Origin: an uncultured Chlamydiales bacterium
GTDB lineage: Bacteria > Chlamydiota > Chlamydiia > Chlamydiales > JAAKFR01
NCBI GenBank assembly: GCA_963748195.1
Contig: CAVVHU010000001.1
Location: 52,698-116,697 of the forward strand
Direction: 5' to 3'
DNA: 64,000 nt
Position 1 is the stretch's first letter. Each line of letters starts with the position of its first letter. Of this stretch, positions 23,970-33,635 are shown one piece after another. The translations under genes and the position numbers were made by a program. Below the pieces are notes generated by a model. It did no database searches. It saw only the letters and a list, made by a program, of their open reading frames with translations, and was not told the origin of the DNA.

Positions 23970-26579
23970 ATGAATAAGCTCTTAAAACTTCTACTTCTGT
24001 TTAGTCTGCTCACCGTCATCGTCGGCGGCACAGTGATGCAAACCTCGTTTGCCCAAGAATATGTACGTAAGTGGATCGAAAATAAGTCAGACGGCACACT
24101 TAAAATCGGCAGGCTTGAAGGGGTATTTCCTTTTCATATGCATCTAGATGATGTTGAATATAAAACAGATACAATTGAAGCGCACTTTGATCACGTCAAC
24201 CTATATCTCTCGCCGGGAAGCCTTATATTCGGACATCTCTCCCTTTTTCGGCTGCAAATAGAGTCTGCTGATATTCAAACGGAGGGAGGCGCCTCTACCT
24301 CAAAGTGGCCCCACTTCAAAGTGCCCCTTTACATCCATTCCATGCGAATCGACTCGCTAAACATTGACGGAGTTAAGGGAATTGCTGTTTCGGGCATGGC
24401 AGAACTCTCGGAGGATTTTTCGATCCACCTCACACTATCCTATAAAGATTATCTCATCCGTTTGGGCCTAGAAGGAGATGATGTCGATAAAACGATTGCC
24501 CTCACAACACAGGTGAAAGACCCACATCTTAATATGTGGGTTGTAGGATCTTACGACTGGAAAGAACAAACTTTTGAGGGAGAAACATATGGAGAGGCCT
24601 ACTCTTGGAGAGTAAAAAGCGCGCTAGCATTTGCAGATTCTGAGCTGAAATTTACGGACGCCCAAGTAAAAAATGATGATAAAGAATTTGAGGGGTCATT
24701 CCTTTACAACCTCTCTAACCATCAATTCCTAGTCTCTGATCACAGAAATTTTTCAGGTGAAGGGAAGTTAGAATGGAAGGAAGGAGAGATTGCATTAACA
24801 GATCTCCACTTACACTACATGCAAAACAGCGCATGGGGCAGCCTGACATATTCCACTCAGTCACAATCAGTAGCAGGCGAGCTTGATGTTGAGTTTAACG
24901 ACCTCTCACCCTACCAAATAGAAGGGAGAGGAAAAGGGCACCTCACACTGCGTGATGGGCAAATGACGTTTGCTCTGACAGGCGACGAGATTCGATGGAA
25001 AGACCTCACCTTCGCAAAAATGACTTTTACCGGGGAATGGAAAAACGAAGCGCTCACCTTTCAACTCATGCTCGATGAATTTATCGTGATGGATCCAGCC
25101 TATGAGGTTTTTCCAACAGCCTTCTTAAAGCTAGATGGAGAGGCCACGCACGATCATCTCTGGCTGCGCGGCGAGGTCGCCGGCCTTGGAAGCACTCCCT
25201 TCACTCTTTTAGCTGACATCCCTATCCGCTTTTCACCCTCCCCTTTTGATTTAGAGATCGAAAAGCAGGCCCCTTTTTCCATCCGCGTGAAGGGGAGAGG
25301 GTCGATCGATCCGATACTTGCCTTTTTAGAAAACGCCTCGCTTATTGCACACGGAGACGTCGCCATCGACTTAACTCTGAGAGGGACATGGGACAACCCA
25401 CAGATTATAGGCGATTTAGTCTATGACAATGGGGAGATTGAGAGTTTAGAGACAGGGACGCTTTTCCGCGGCATTCACATGGAACTCGAAGGCGAAGGGA
25501 ACAGGCTTAAGATCCGCTCTATGGTCGCACATGATGCAGGACGAGGCGATCTCTCCGGGACAGGTTGGATAGAATGGAATCCAGAAAAGCATTTTCCTTT
25601 TCAAATCGTGATTGAAACCCACCGCTTCACCCTCCTTGCCACCGATCCGTTGACAGCAAACGTAAATTCGGCCCTTACGATTTCCGGCAATAGCCAAGCA
25701 ATCTCTATCCAAGGGCATGCTGAGATCGCAGAGGCACATCTTGCGATTCCAAATAAAATGCCCACCCAATTACCGACACTAGACGTCATCTATGTCAACA
25801 CCATCCCCACCCCAAAACCTGAAATTGAAGAAGTGAAAAAGGTCATTCCGATCGATTGGGATGTACAGATATCAGCGTCTGATAATTTTGTGATTGAGGG
25901 ACGCGGCCTTGTATCCGAATGGCGCGGTACTTTACATATTTCAGGACCTCAACAGAGCCCCGCCTATTCAGGAAGATTGAAACTAGTTCAGGGGCGCTTT
26001 AAAATTGTGGGGCGCACTTTTGATCTAACTGAGGGGCAGATCCAAATCGAAGGACTTGAACCAAAAGACATTAACGTCAACCTCAAAGGGGATCTTGAGT
26101 TAGCAACGATCACCGCCTCTATCCTAGTCAACGGGACTTTAGATGACACGCATCTCTCTTTCTTATCGACGCCTCCGATGAGCACAAACCAGATTCTTTC
26201 CTGGATTCTGTTTAATCAAGATGTCAACGAGCTCACCCCTTTCCAGGCGTGCCGTCTTGCAAACACGCTTGTTTCGCTCTCAGGAAAGTATGCCGGACCG
26301 AAAGTGTTTGATCAGATCAAAGAGGGACTTGGGATCGATGTATTTGACATTACGAATTGCGACATCGATTCAGCTGACCTTACCTTCCAAATCGGGAAGT
26401 ATATTTCTCAAGGAACATTTGTCGGGGTGCGCAAAAGCATCTCGGGCGATTTTGATTCAGTGCTGATTCAGGCACGCCTCTATCGTAACTTTTATCTCGA
26501 AGCCGACTATGGCGGTTCACTGAATGGCCTGACCCCCAACGGCGGAAAGATGATCTTTAAATGGTATAAAACCTATTAA
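23970..26579 (+). CDS. tamB: TamB (translocation and assembly module, DUF490 C-terminus)
   Basis: 869-aa ORF with an N-terminal signal-anchor, beta-rich repetitive body and a C-terminal conserved block ...GKYISQGTFVGV...LEADYGGSLNGL... Confidence 0.7.
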   Translation: MNKLLKLLLLFSLLTVIVGGTVMQTSFAQEYVRKWIENKSDGTLKIGRLEGVFPFHMHLDDVEYKTDTIEAHFDHVNLYLSPGSLIFGHLSLFRLQIESADIQTEGGASTSKWPHFKVPLYIHSMRIDSLNIDGVKGIAVSGMAELSEDFSIHLTLSYKDYLIRLGLEGDDVDKTIALTTQVKDPHLNMWVVGSYDWKEQTFEGETYGEAYSWRVKSALAFADSELKFTDAQVKNDDKEFEGSFLYNLSNHQFLVSDHRNFSGEGKLEWKEGEIALTDLHLHYMQNSAWGSLTYSTQSQSVAGELDVEFNDLSPYQIEGRGKGHLTLRDGQMTFALTGDEIRWKDLTFAKMTFTGEWKNEALTFQLMLDEFIVMDPAYEVFPTAFLKLDGEATHDHLWLRGEVAGLGSTPFTLLADIPIRFSPSPFDLEIEKQAPFSIRVKGRGSIDPILAFLENASLIAHGDVAIDLTLRGTWDNPQIIGDLVYDNGEIESLETGTLFRGIHMELEGEGNRLKIRSMVAHDAGRGDLSGTGWIEWNPEKHFPFQIVIETHRFTLLATDPLTANVNSALTISGNSQAISIQGHAEIAEAHLAIPNKMPTQLPTLDVIYVNTIPTPKPEIEEVKKVIPIDWDVQISASDNFVIEGRGLVSEWRGTLHISGPQQSPAYSGRLKLVQGRFKIVGRTFDLTEGQIQIEGLEPKDINVNLKGDLELATITASILVNGTLDDTHLSFLSTPPMSTNQILSWILFNQDVNELTPFQACRLANTLVSLSGKYAGPKVFDQIKEGLGIDVFDITNCDIDSADLTFQIGKYISQGTFVGVRKSISGDFDSVLIQARLYRNFYLEADYGGSLNGLTPNGGKMIFKWYKTY

Positions 26580-26599
26580 CCATTTTTAAAAACAATAAC

Positions 26600-27070
26600 T
26601 TGACAAACGAAAAACTAGTTCGGATAATTACAATTATGCAAAACTATAGTTTTAGCGAAACAATTTCTTATTTTGGTGAAAGGCTCAACGTAATTCCACC
26701 CAAAGAAGATATCGAACTTGGAACAGTTGAGCTTGTTATCGACGAATTGCATGCTTTTATTTCTAAAGGGGAACTAGAGGGAAGTTTAAAAATGGAGATC
26801 GCCCTCGGATTAATGTTACACCCCCTTCGCGAATCGCGACTTAAAGAACTGGCGACTAGCAACTTTTTAGGTATTAACACAGGTGGTTGCACATTTGCCT
26901 TTGATGAGGCCGGAGCCTCTCTTTTGCTCCGTGCCAATACCTCTCCCGCGGCTTCTCCGCATGAGTGTTGGGAATGGCTACATCGTCTTGTGCATGTTGC
27001 GAGGGAGTGGAATCACTCCCTTGAGATGTGGGAGGAATTCGTCACCTTTTCAAAAGGAAAGAACATATGA
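26600..27070 (+). CDS. class I type III secretion chaperone (CesT/SycE-like)
   Basis: 156-aa ORF with the CesT-family pattern (...ALGLMLHPL...LLRANTSPAASP...W...). 4-nt ATGA overlap with the next ORF. Confidence 0.5.
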   Translation: MTNEKLVRIITIMQNYSFSETISYFGERLNVIPPKEDIELGTVELVIDELHAFISKGELEGSLKMEIALGLMLHPLRESRLKELATSNFLGINTGGCTFAFDEAGASLLLRANTSPAASPHECWEWLHRLVHVAREWNHSLEMWEEFVTFSKGKNI

Positions 27071-27435
27071 CAGAACCTGTAGGTAGAAATCCTCCTCCTG
27101 AATTAGGCAAAACTCCGGAAACCACACCTTCTTCACAAGGGAGTCTTTTGAATAAAGCGATTAGCAGCTTTCTCAATTTCACCTGGCCAGTTTTTGGAAA
27201 GATGGTCTTTCATGAAGCCACTTTTGTCGATTATGCGGAAAAAAATAAAATCGCGAGCACACTTGCACAATCACTTCCCGGCGCAAAAACGCTTCTTAGA
27301 AATCTGAGTTTAAAAGAACTTAAGACTTTAGATAATGGATCTATACTTACACTTTTAAAGAAAGCACCTCCTGAAAAGTTAAGCAATAACATTTGGCTAT
27401 TGCAAAGAATCCTGGAAGAACTCAAAAAGCGTTAG
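27067..27435 (+). CDS. hypothetical protein, candidate T3SS substrate translationally coupled to the upstream chaperone
   Basis: Start ATG at 27067 overlaps the chaperone stop. Ser/Pro/Thr-rich N-terminus. Overlaps ORF 27393..27686 in another frame, so a frameshift is possible. Confidence 0.4.
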   Translation: MTEPVGRNPPPELGKTPETTPSSQGSLLNKAISSFLNFTWPVFGKMVFHEATFVDYAEKNKIASTLAQSLPGAKTLLRNLSLKELKTLDNGSILTLLKKAPPEKLSNNIWLLQRILEELKKR

Positions 27436-27686
27436 CTTTTGCAGAACGCTTTAAATTTGCATCCAATACAGGCTTATTAGACTACCTATTCATAAAAGAC
27501 GAAGCATTTATTGATTCTCTTGAAAATGTTGATTGTGTAGCGCTTCAGCCTTTCTTGAAAGATGAAGATTGGAAAAAGGTTTTAGAAGATCCTAGCCGTT
27601 TTCAATTGCTCTTATACGCTCCTATAATGAAATACAAAATAAATATTGAAAAACTTAATCCAGACGATATTCTAATAGGGATATAA
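27393..27686 (+). CDS. hypothetical protein (possibly the 3' continuation of the preceding ORF)
   Basis: 97-aa ORF overlapping the previous one by 43 nt. Confidence 0.25.
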   Translation: MAIAKNPGRTQKALAFAERFKFASNTGLLDYLFIKDEAFIDSLENVDCVALQPFLKDEDWKKVLEDPSRFQLLLYAPIMKYKINIEKLNPDDILIGI

Positions 27687-27880
27687 CATGCCCGATGGGT
27701 ATCACTAAATTTCAGATTTACCAGTCGAAGTTTTGGTTAAGAGAGAAGGAAATATCTATACCATCACCTTAATATGCGATGGCAAATCTGCTAAAATAAA
27801 ATCAATAGTTATTCGAAAATTCTCTTTAGGAAGATTACAAAGACGGATCAAAAAGGCACATTCACTGTGGCAGTTTGCCC

Positions 27881-28171
27881 TCAATCGTGATACCCATTGC
27901 AGTAAGGACATGCTGTGGGTTCGCATATCTCAGTAAGACTCCGATTATAAAAGTAACTGTAGCACGCACGGCTTGAACAAGGACGCCGATTAAAATAATA
28001 ATTCACCGGAAGAGAGTAGGGATAGTCATTGATGTCGATAAATCCATAATAATTGCACCCTTGATTTGCCCAAGTAGGATTGTAGTAACGCTCGAAACAA
28101 GGACACCCGCACCACCATGCATGTAAAGGGGAAAAAAGAAAAACAGAAATAATTAAAAACAACTTCTTCAT
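27881..28171 (-). CDS. small secreted cysteine-rich (10 Cys), Tyr/Asn-rich protein
   Basis: Signal peptide MKKLFLIISVFLFSPLHA. Mature ~78 aa with CGCPC, CNYYG and CPYC motifs. Confidence 0.45.
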   Translation of the reverse strand: MKKLFLIISVFLFSPLHAWWCGCPCFERYYNPTWANQGCNYYGFIDINDYPYSLPVNYYFNRRPCSSRACYSYFYNRSLTEICEPTACPYCNGYHD

Positions 28172-28232
28172 TGCTTCATAATAACAATTGCTTGAATTGT
28201 TTAGAATTAGTTTTTATATTAATATAAACCAC

Positions 28233-28916
28233 ATGAAAAAGACTATATTATCGTTGCTTCTTTCAATCGCTCTTCCTGCTCTCTCTGTGGAGACAGTGAA
28301 TTTGTCCCAAGGCCCTGGAATTAAGATTTTTCTCTCAGCCGATTCCCGGTGCGACTACTGGCGTCTCATTAACTACTATGAAACCCAGCATACAGGAACC
28401 TTCTGCGGAGTAGCGAGTAGTGTCATCATACTGAATGCTTTGGAACTTGAAAGACCTTATGTCGAGCGGATTGGGTTCCCTCTCTTCACTCAGGAGGAAG
28501 GTTTTTTCACAGAAGCGGTTAAAAATATTGTGAAACAAGAAGATGTGCGCATAAGAGGGATGAGTATTCCAGAGCTCACCTCTGCTTTAGAGACATTTGA
28601 TGTTACCGCAACACCTCTCCATGCCTCTGATATGACCCTAATGGAATTCCGTGCGCTTGTGGAGCAGGTTGTGGCAGATAAAAATCAGTATCTGATCGCT
28701 AATTGGCATCGCCCGTCACTCGATCAGGAAGGTGAAGGCCATTTCTCACCTATCGCCGCCTTTAATAAAGAAACCGACCAGATCTTAGTATTAGACGTTT
28801 CCCGTTATAAATACCCGCCTTTCTGGGTTAAGACGGAGGATTTTTTCAACAGCATGCTCCCGGTAGACTCAAGCTCCGGTAAGTCACGAGGTATTATTCA
28901 TGTAAGCGCTGACTAG
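28233..28916 (+). CDS. phytochelatin-synthase-like papain-fold protein (bacterial PCS-like, secreted/periplasmic)
   Basis: Catalytic triad context matches PCS: FCGVASSVIILNAL (Cys), GHFSPIAAF (His), LVLDVSRYKY (Asp). Signal peptide at the Met start at 28233. Confidence 0.7.
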   Translation: MKKTILSLLLSIALPALSVETVNLSQGPGIKIFLSADSRCDYWRLINYYETQHTGTFCGVASSVIILNALELERPYVERIGFPLFTQEEGFFTEAVKNIVKQEDVRIRGMSIPELTSALETFDVTATPLHASDMTLMEFRALVEQVVADKNQYLIANWHRPSLDQEGEGHFSPIAAFNKETDQILVLDVSRYKYPPFWVKTEDFFNSMLPVDSSSGKSRGIIHVSAD

Positions 28917-30630
28917 CTTTTTCAAGCTCAATAAATAAGGCATCGATCTGTCTCTTCCCCTGTTCGACCGATGCAGTCAGAGCTGCAATCCCTTCAAACT
29001 CCCCTTTCTCGGTCGCGCTCACGATTTGGCTTGAGGCTTGGCTTACCTCTTCTTCTATGCGCATGATCTCTTTCTCTAATGCGCGGATCTCTTTTTGAGT
29101 CTCTTTGCGATTGGGTTTAGGCTTCTTCTCCTCTCTCTTTTCCTCAGGCTCTTCCCACCCCTCTTTTTCCAAGAACTGGTCATAGTCCCCAACAAAAAGG
29201 TGCTGGTTTCCCTGATGACAGATGACAAACTTTGTTGGCAGATCCCTTAAAATCATCTCGCTATGACTAACAATGATGATCGATCCCTCAAACGCTTCCA
29301 TTGCGGCCATCAACGCTTCAATCGACTCCATATCCAAGTGGTTGGTCGGCTCATCTAATAAGAGCAGATTGCAAGAGGAGCCGAGGATTTTACCGAGAAG
29401 AACGCGGCTTTTTTCACCCCCAGAGAGGACCTCGATCGGTTTTTTTGCCCGATCACCTGAAAACATCATGATCCCGCAAATGGTGCGCACTTGAGAGAGC
29501 GTTAGGTCAGGAGAGGCAGAAGCGATCTCCTCTTCAATCGTCATTTTAGGATGGAGTCTCTCGATATTCGATTGGCCGAAAAAGCCGACTTTCACATTTG
29601 GCGACATCTTGATCTTACCGCTTTTGGGCTGTAGATCTCCTCCAAGGATGCGGAGCAAAGTCGATTTTCCTCTCCCATTTTTCCCCACTATCGCAATCCG
29701 ATCCCCTTTATCGATGGCAAGAGAAAAATCGGGAATCAAAATTTCCTGCCCATAACCAAAAGAGACATTGGAAACGTCTAATAGCCTTTGACTTGGAAAA
29801 GGGGCATAGGGAAAACTGAAATCGAGATGGTGGAGTTTGGCAAGTTCCTCTAAAACAGGCATGCGTGCCAATGCTTTTTTTCGCGATTGGGCTTGTGCAG
29901 CTTTTGAGGCCTTTCCGCCCAACCGGGTAATAAACTCCTCCATATGCGCCCGCTTCTTTTCGAGATTGAGACGCGTTTGTTCATGCACCTTCTCGCTCTC
30001 TAATAACTGGGCGTAATACTTGACTGTTCCCCCCTTATATTTCATGAGCCGTTTGCGATGAATTCCAAGGGTATGGGTCGTCACACGATCCATAAAATCG
30101 TGATCATGCGAGATCAAAATCAGCTCCCCGGTCCATCTCTGCAAAAAGCGGGTGATCCATCGAATCGAGACGATATCGAGGTAATTAGTCGGCTCATCGA
30201 GAAGCAGGCAATCAGGCTCCTGAACTAAAACCTTCGCCAGATGGATTCTAAGCTGATATCCCCCTGAAAAAGAGAGCGGATCTTTCGTAAGATCGTCATC
30301 TTTAAAACCAAGACCAAAAAGGATTTTCTCAATTTTATAGAGATCTTCAGAGGAAAGGTCCTTCGAGGCCTCTTCGATGAGTGTATGAGATGTAAACGTC
30401 AAATGTTGAGTGAGATAACCGATCGTATACCCTTTTGGCATTTCGATCACGCCGCCATCGGGATGCTCCTCGCCTGTGATGAGCCGCAAGAGGGTCGTCT
30501 TGCCGGAGCCGTTCCGTCCAACAAGGCCGCACCGTTCTCCTTTATTTATTTTAAAAGAGATCTCTTCGAGAATCGGCTCACCGCCAAACTCTTTTGCAAC
30601 CCCCTCAAACTTAATCACGCCTCTACCCAA
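28894..30630 (-). CDS. ABC-F family ATPase (tandem ABC domains, no TMD)
   Basis: Two Walker A sites (GRNGSGKTTLL, GKNGRGKSTLL), two LSGG signatures and a C-terminal coiled-coil arm. Confidence 0.85.
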   Translation of the reverse strand: MGRGVIKFEGVAKEFGGEPILEEISFKINKGERCGLVGRNGSGKTTLLRLITGEEHPDGGVIEMPKGYTIGYLTQHLTFTSHTLIEEASKDLSSEDLYKIEKILFGLGFKDDDLTKDPLSFSGGYQLRIHLAKVLVQEPDCLLLDEPTNYLDIVSIRWITRFLQRWTGELILISHDHDFMDRVTTHTLGIHRKRLMKYKGGTVKYYAQLLESEKVHEQTRLNLEKKRAHMEEFITRLGGKASKAAQAQSRKKALARMPVLEELAKLHHLDFSFPYAPFPSQRLLDVSNVSFGYGQEILIPDFSLAIDKGDRIAIVGKNGRGKSTLLRILGGDLQPKSGKIKMSPNVKVGFFGQSNIERLHPKMTIEEEIASASPDLTLSQVRTICGIMMFSGDRAKKPIEVLSGGEKSRVLLGKILGSSCNLLLLDEPTNHLDMESIEALMAAMEAFEGSIIIVSHSEMILRDLPTKFVICHQGNQHLFVGDYDQFLEKEGWEEPEEKREEKKPKPNRKETQKEIRALEKEIMRIEEEVSQASSQIVSATEKGEFEGIAALTASVEQGKRQIDALFIELEKASQRLHE

Positions 30631-32279
30631 CGGTCGTGTTTTTTGATCAAGGCGACCAATCGATCATCAGCTTCACTCATATCGATATTCTGTTCTACGC
30701 ACTCTTTTCCTACGTAGAGATCGATCTTTCCGGGACGGGATCCAACATAACCGAAATCGGCATCTGCCATCTCGCCGGGGCCATTCACAATGCATCCCAT
30801 AATGGCAATCTTCACACCCTTTAAATGCCCTGTGCGCTTTCTGATCCGTTCCGCGACTTCCTGCAGCCCAAAAAGAGTACGGCCGCATCCTGGGCACGAG
30901 ATAAATTCGGTCTTTGTTTGGCGCATTCTAGCTCCTTGTAGAATCGCAAACGATAATGAGCGGAGGATCTCAAGTGGCATCGGCGCCTCCAAACAGATCC
31001 CTTCGCCTACTCCATCGCAAAAAAGGGCGCCGCATTCGGCCCCTGCGCGTATCGGAAGATCGGCTGCATCGCACGTGTAGCTGAACTGTAAAATGACGGG
31101 CGTGGAGATGTTTTGGGCAAAGAGCCAGTCAAAAAAGCGACGGGCATGGTATAGATGATCGGATTTAGGAGAGAAGAAAAGGATGTCTGGACGGTCCCGT
31201 AAGATCTCTTCCCAATTATTCTCAGTCACGACATAAGGATCCGTGATCACATTCAGTTTTTGCAACTTAGGGTGTTCAAAATTAGCAATCACTGCGTCGA
31301 CACCCTTCACTTTCTCGTAAAAGTCGGGTGCTTCAACTTCTTCTGGAGTCACTGTGAGTATGACAGAACCATCGCGATGAAGAGGAGGCACACTCTCTAC
31401 TTGCCGTCTCTTGACACGTGCCGGCCTTACTGGATAGTGAGAAGAAAACTCTACAAGACGCTTGCATGGATCGACCTCCTCCCACGGATCTTCTGTAAGG
31501 GAGACGCGTATCGTATCCCCAATTCCATCTAGAAGAAGCGAGCCAATCCCAATCGCTGACTTGACACGGCCATCCTCCCCTTCTCCGGCCTCGGTGACAC
31601 CTAGATGGAGCGGATAATCCCATCCCAATTTGTCCATCTCGGCAACTAAAAGCCGATACGCCTCGATCATTACCTTTGTATTGCTCGCCTTCATCGAGAA
31701 GATAAAATCGTGAAAATCGAGCTCTCGACAGACACGGGCAAACTCGAAAGCCGACTCGACCATGCCCGAAGGAGTATCACCATATCGATTCATGATACGG
31801 TCTGATAAAGATCCATGATTTGCCCCAATACGGAGCGCTTTTTTCAGCTTTTTACATTTTTCAACCAGAGGAGAAAATTTCTCTTCAAGTTTTTTAATTT
31901 CAGAAGCATATGTGTCTTCGTCATATTGAATGACTCTAAACGTAGCCCGCTTGTCGACAAAGTTGCCGGGATTGATGCGTACTTTATCGACAAACTCTAC
32001 AACATGCATGGCAGCAGGAGGATAGAAGTGGATATCGGCGACAAGTGGAGTGGTATACCCCTTTTGAACAAGGGTATTTTTGATCGCCTCGCACGCCTCA
32101 GCCTCTTTCTTTCCCTGAACGGTCATACGGACGATCTCGCATCCCGCATCGGCTAGGCGCATCACCTGTTCTACTGTAGCTTCGACATCGCGCGTATCGG
32201 ATGTAGTCATCGACTGGATACGGACAGGATTCTCTCCACCCACACCCACATTTCCGACCATGACTTCTCGTGATTTCAT
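30615..32279 (-). CDS. ispG: 4-hydroxy-3-methylbut-2-enyl diphosphate synthase, long (chlamydial/plant-type) form
   Basis: 554-aa GcpE with an inserted domain. N-terminal ...VGGENPVRIQSMTT... and C-terminal Cys cluster CPGCGRT. Confidence 0.85.
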   Translation of the reverse strand: MKSREVMVGNVGVGGENPVRIQSMTTSDTRDVEATVEQVMRLADAGCEIVRMTVQGKKEAEACEAIKNTLVQKGYTTPLVADIHFYPPAAMHVVEFVDKVRINPGNFVDKRATFRVIQYDEDTYASEIKKLEEKFSPLVEKCKKLKKALRIGANHGSLSDRIMNRYGDTPSGMVESAFEFARVCRELDFHDFIFSMKASNTKVMIEAYRLLVAEMDKLGWDYPLHLGVTEAGEGEDGRVKSAIGIGSLLLDGIGDTIRVSLTEDPWEEVDPCKRLVEFSSHYPVRPARVKRRQVESVPPLHRDGSVILTVTPEEVEAPDFYEKVKGVDAVIANFEHPKLQKLNVITDPYVVTENNWEEILRDRPDILFFSPKSDHLYHARRFFDWLFAQNISTPVILQFSYTCDAADLPIRAGAECGALFCDGVGEGICLEAPMPLEILRSLSFAILQGARMRQTKTEFISCPGCGRTLFGLQEVAERIRKRTGHLKGVKIAIMGCIVNGPGEMADADFGYVGSRPGKIDLYVGKECVEQNIDMSEADDRLVALIKKHDRWVEA

Positions 32280-32369
32280 CTTTGCCTAAAAATAAGAATT
32301 GACAACCCCTTAAAAGTCCTATCATAATTGATTAAGGGTTTACTGGGAACCAAAACTAGAAAGTGAATA

Positions 32370-32825
32370 ATGTTTGAAACATTTTTATTAGAGCTCGCAA
32401 AGATACTTGAATTCAAAACACTCAAACCCGATCAACAGGGCACATGCCTCATTGTAATGAAAGAGAGTCAAGTTCACATGCTATTTGAGCCCGATGAACA
32501 GATCGTGCCCCATAAAATCCTCGTCTCCTCCCCTGTTGCTGAATTTCCTGTCGAGAGGAGAGCAGAAATCTATGAAATGTGTCTTAAATCCAACAACTCG
32601 ATTGAAGAAACAGTCTCTGTCAAACCAGACGAAGACATCATCTATTTACATAGGAGAATCGCACCGGAAATCGAAGCTAAAGAACTTGAAATCATCGTAC
32701 ATGGATTCATTAAGCAGGTGCAAAAAATCTCTGCTGATGTGGAAAAAATACTACAAAAACCTGCAAAACGCCCGACCGTTCCTCCTTCCTCTTCTTCTAT
32801 TGAGATCTTTCCCTATAAGGCGTAA
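32370..32825 (+). CDS. class I type III secretion chaperone (CesT/SycE family)
   Basis: 151-aa acidic protein with the canonical pattern LLELAKILEF...GTCLIVMKE...HMLFEPDEQ. Confidence 0.5.
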   Translation: MFETFLLELAKILEFKTLKPDQQGTCLIVMKESQVHMLFEPDEQIVPHKILVSSPVAEFPVERRAEIYEMCLKSNNSIEETVSVKPDEDIIYLHRRIAPEIEAKELEIIVHGFIKQVQKISADVEKILQKPAKRPTVPPSSSSIEIFPYKA

Positions 32826-32843
32826 TTCGATAGAATCGCCAAC

Positions 32844-33635
32844 GTGCGCTATTACCTAGAAAAACTGTATAATTCGTGCGTCGGTGTTGGCTTGTGGATG
32901 CTCTTGCTCATCCAAACCTTATGGGCAACCCTGAAACGACCTCCTTCATGGACATTGATTCTCGATCAGCTCTACAACATCGGCGTTCTCTCCCTTCCTG
33001 TTGTTGCCATAACAGGGTTTTCTACCGGGCTTGTCCTTGCTGCCCAATCGTTTTACCAACTAGGTGAAAAAGGACTTGCCGGAGCCACAGGTCTATTTGT
33101 TGGGAAAGGAATGCTCACGGAAATCGGACCGATCCTCACCGCTTTTATGGTCACTGGGCGTGTCGGGTCCGCCATGACAGCAGTCCTTGGAACGATGCGT
33201 GTTACCGAACAGATCGATGCGCTCAAATCGATGGCTGTCAATCCCCTTAGCTACTTAATCGCTCCGCGTATTATCGGCAGCATCACGATGCTCCCGGTTT
33301 TAACAATGTTTAGCGGAGTCATGGGGATCTTTGGCGGTTATCTCATCTCGGTTTATATTTTTGGCATGACCTCCCAAGGCTATTTCAATCCCATGCCGGA
33401 AAACATCACCTACTTCGATATTTGGATCGGGATCATTAAAGCGGTTGTCTTTGGTTTCCTGATCAGCTCGATAGCCTGTTATAAAGGGATGCGCACATCT
33501 GGCGGGGCTGCCGGCGTCGGAGAATCGACGACAAAAAGCGTTGTGATCTGCTACTCGTATATTCTTATCATTAACTTCTTGCTCACAGTGGGCCTCAATG
33601 TCATCCACATCGCCTTTTCAGAGAGGGTCAGATGA
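32844..33635 (+). CDS. mlaE: Mla-type ABC transporter permease
   Basis: 263 aa; ...GRVGSAMTAVLGTMRVTEQIDAL... signature. Confidence 0.8.
   Translation: MRYYLEKLYNSCVGVGLWMLLLIQTLWATLKRPPSWTLILDQLYNIGVLSLPVVAITGFSTGLVLAAQSFYQLGEKGLAGATGLFVGKGMLTEIGPILTAFMVTGRVGSAMTAVLGTMRVTEQIDALKSMAVNPLSYLIAPRIIGSITMLPVLTMFSGVMGIFGGYLISVYIFGMTSQGYFNPMPENITYFDIWIGIIKAVVFGFLISSIACYKGMRTSGGAAGVGESTTKSVVICYSYILIINFLLTVGLNVIHIAFSERVR

Noticed and set aside
30673-31623. Arg-rich minus-strand ORFs (74 and 96 aa) and plus-strand ORFs inside ispG
   Set aside because: Alternative frames of a GC-richer conserved gene; no independent support.
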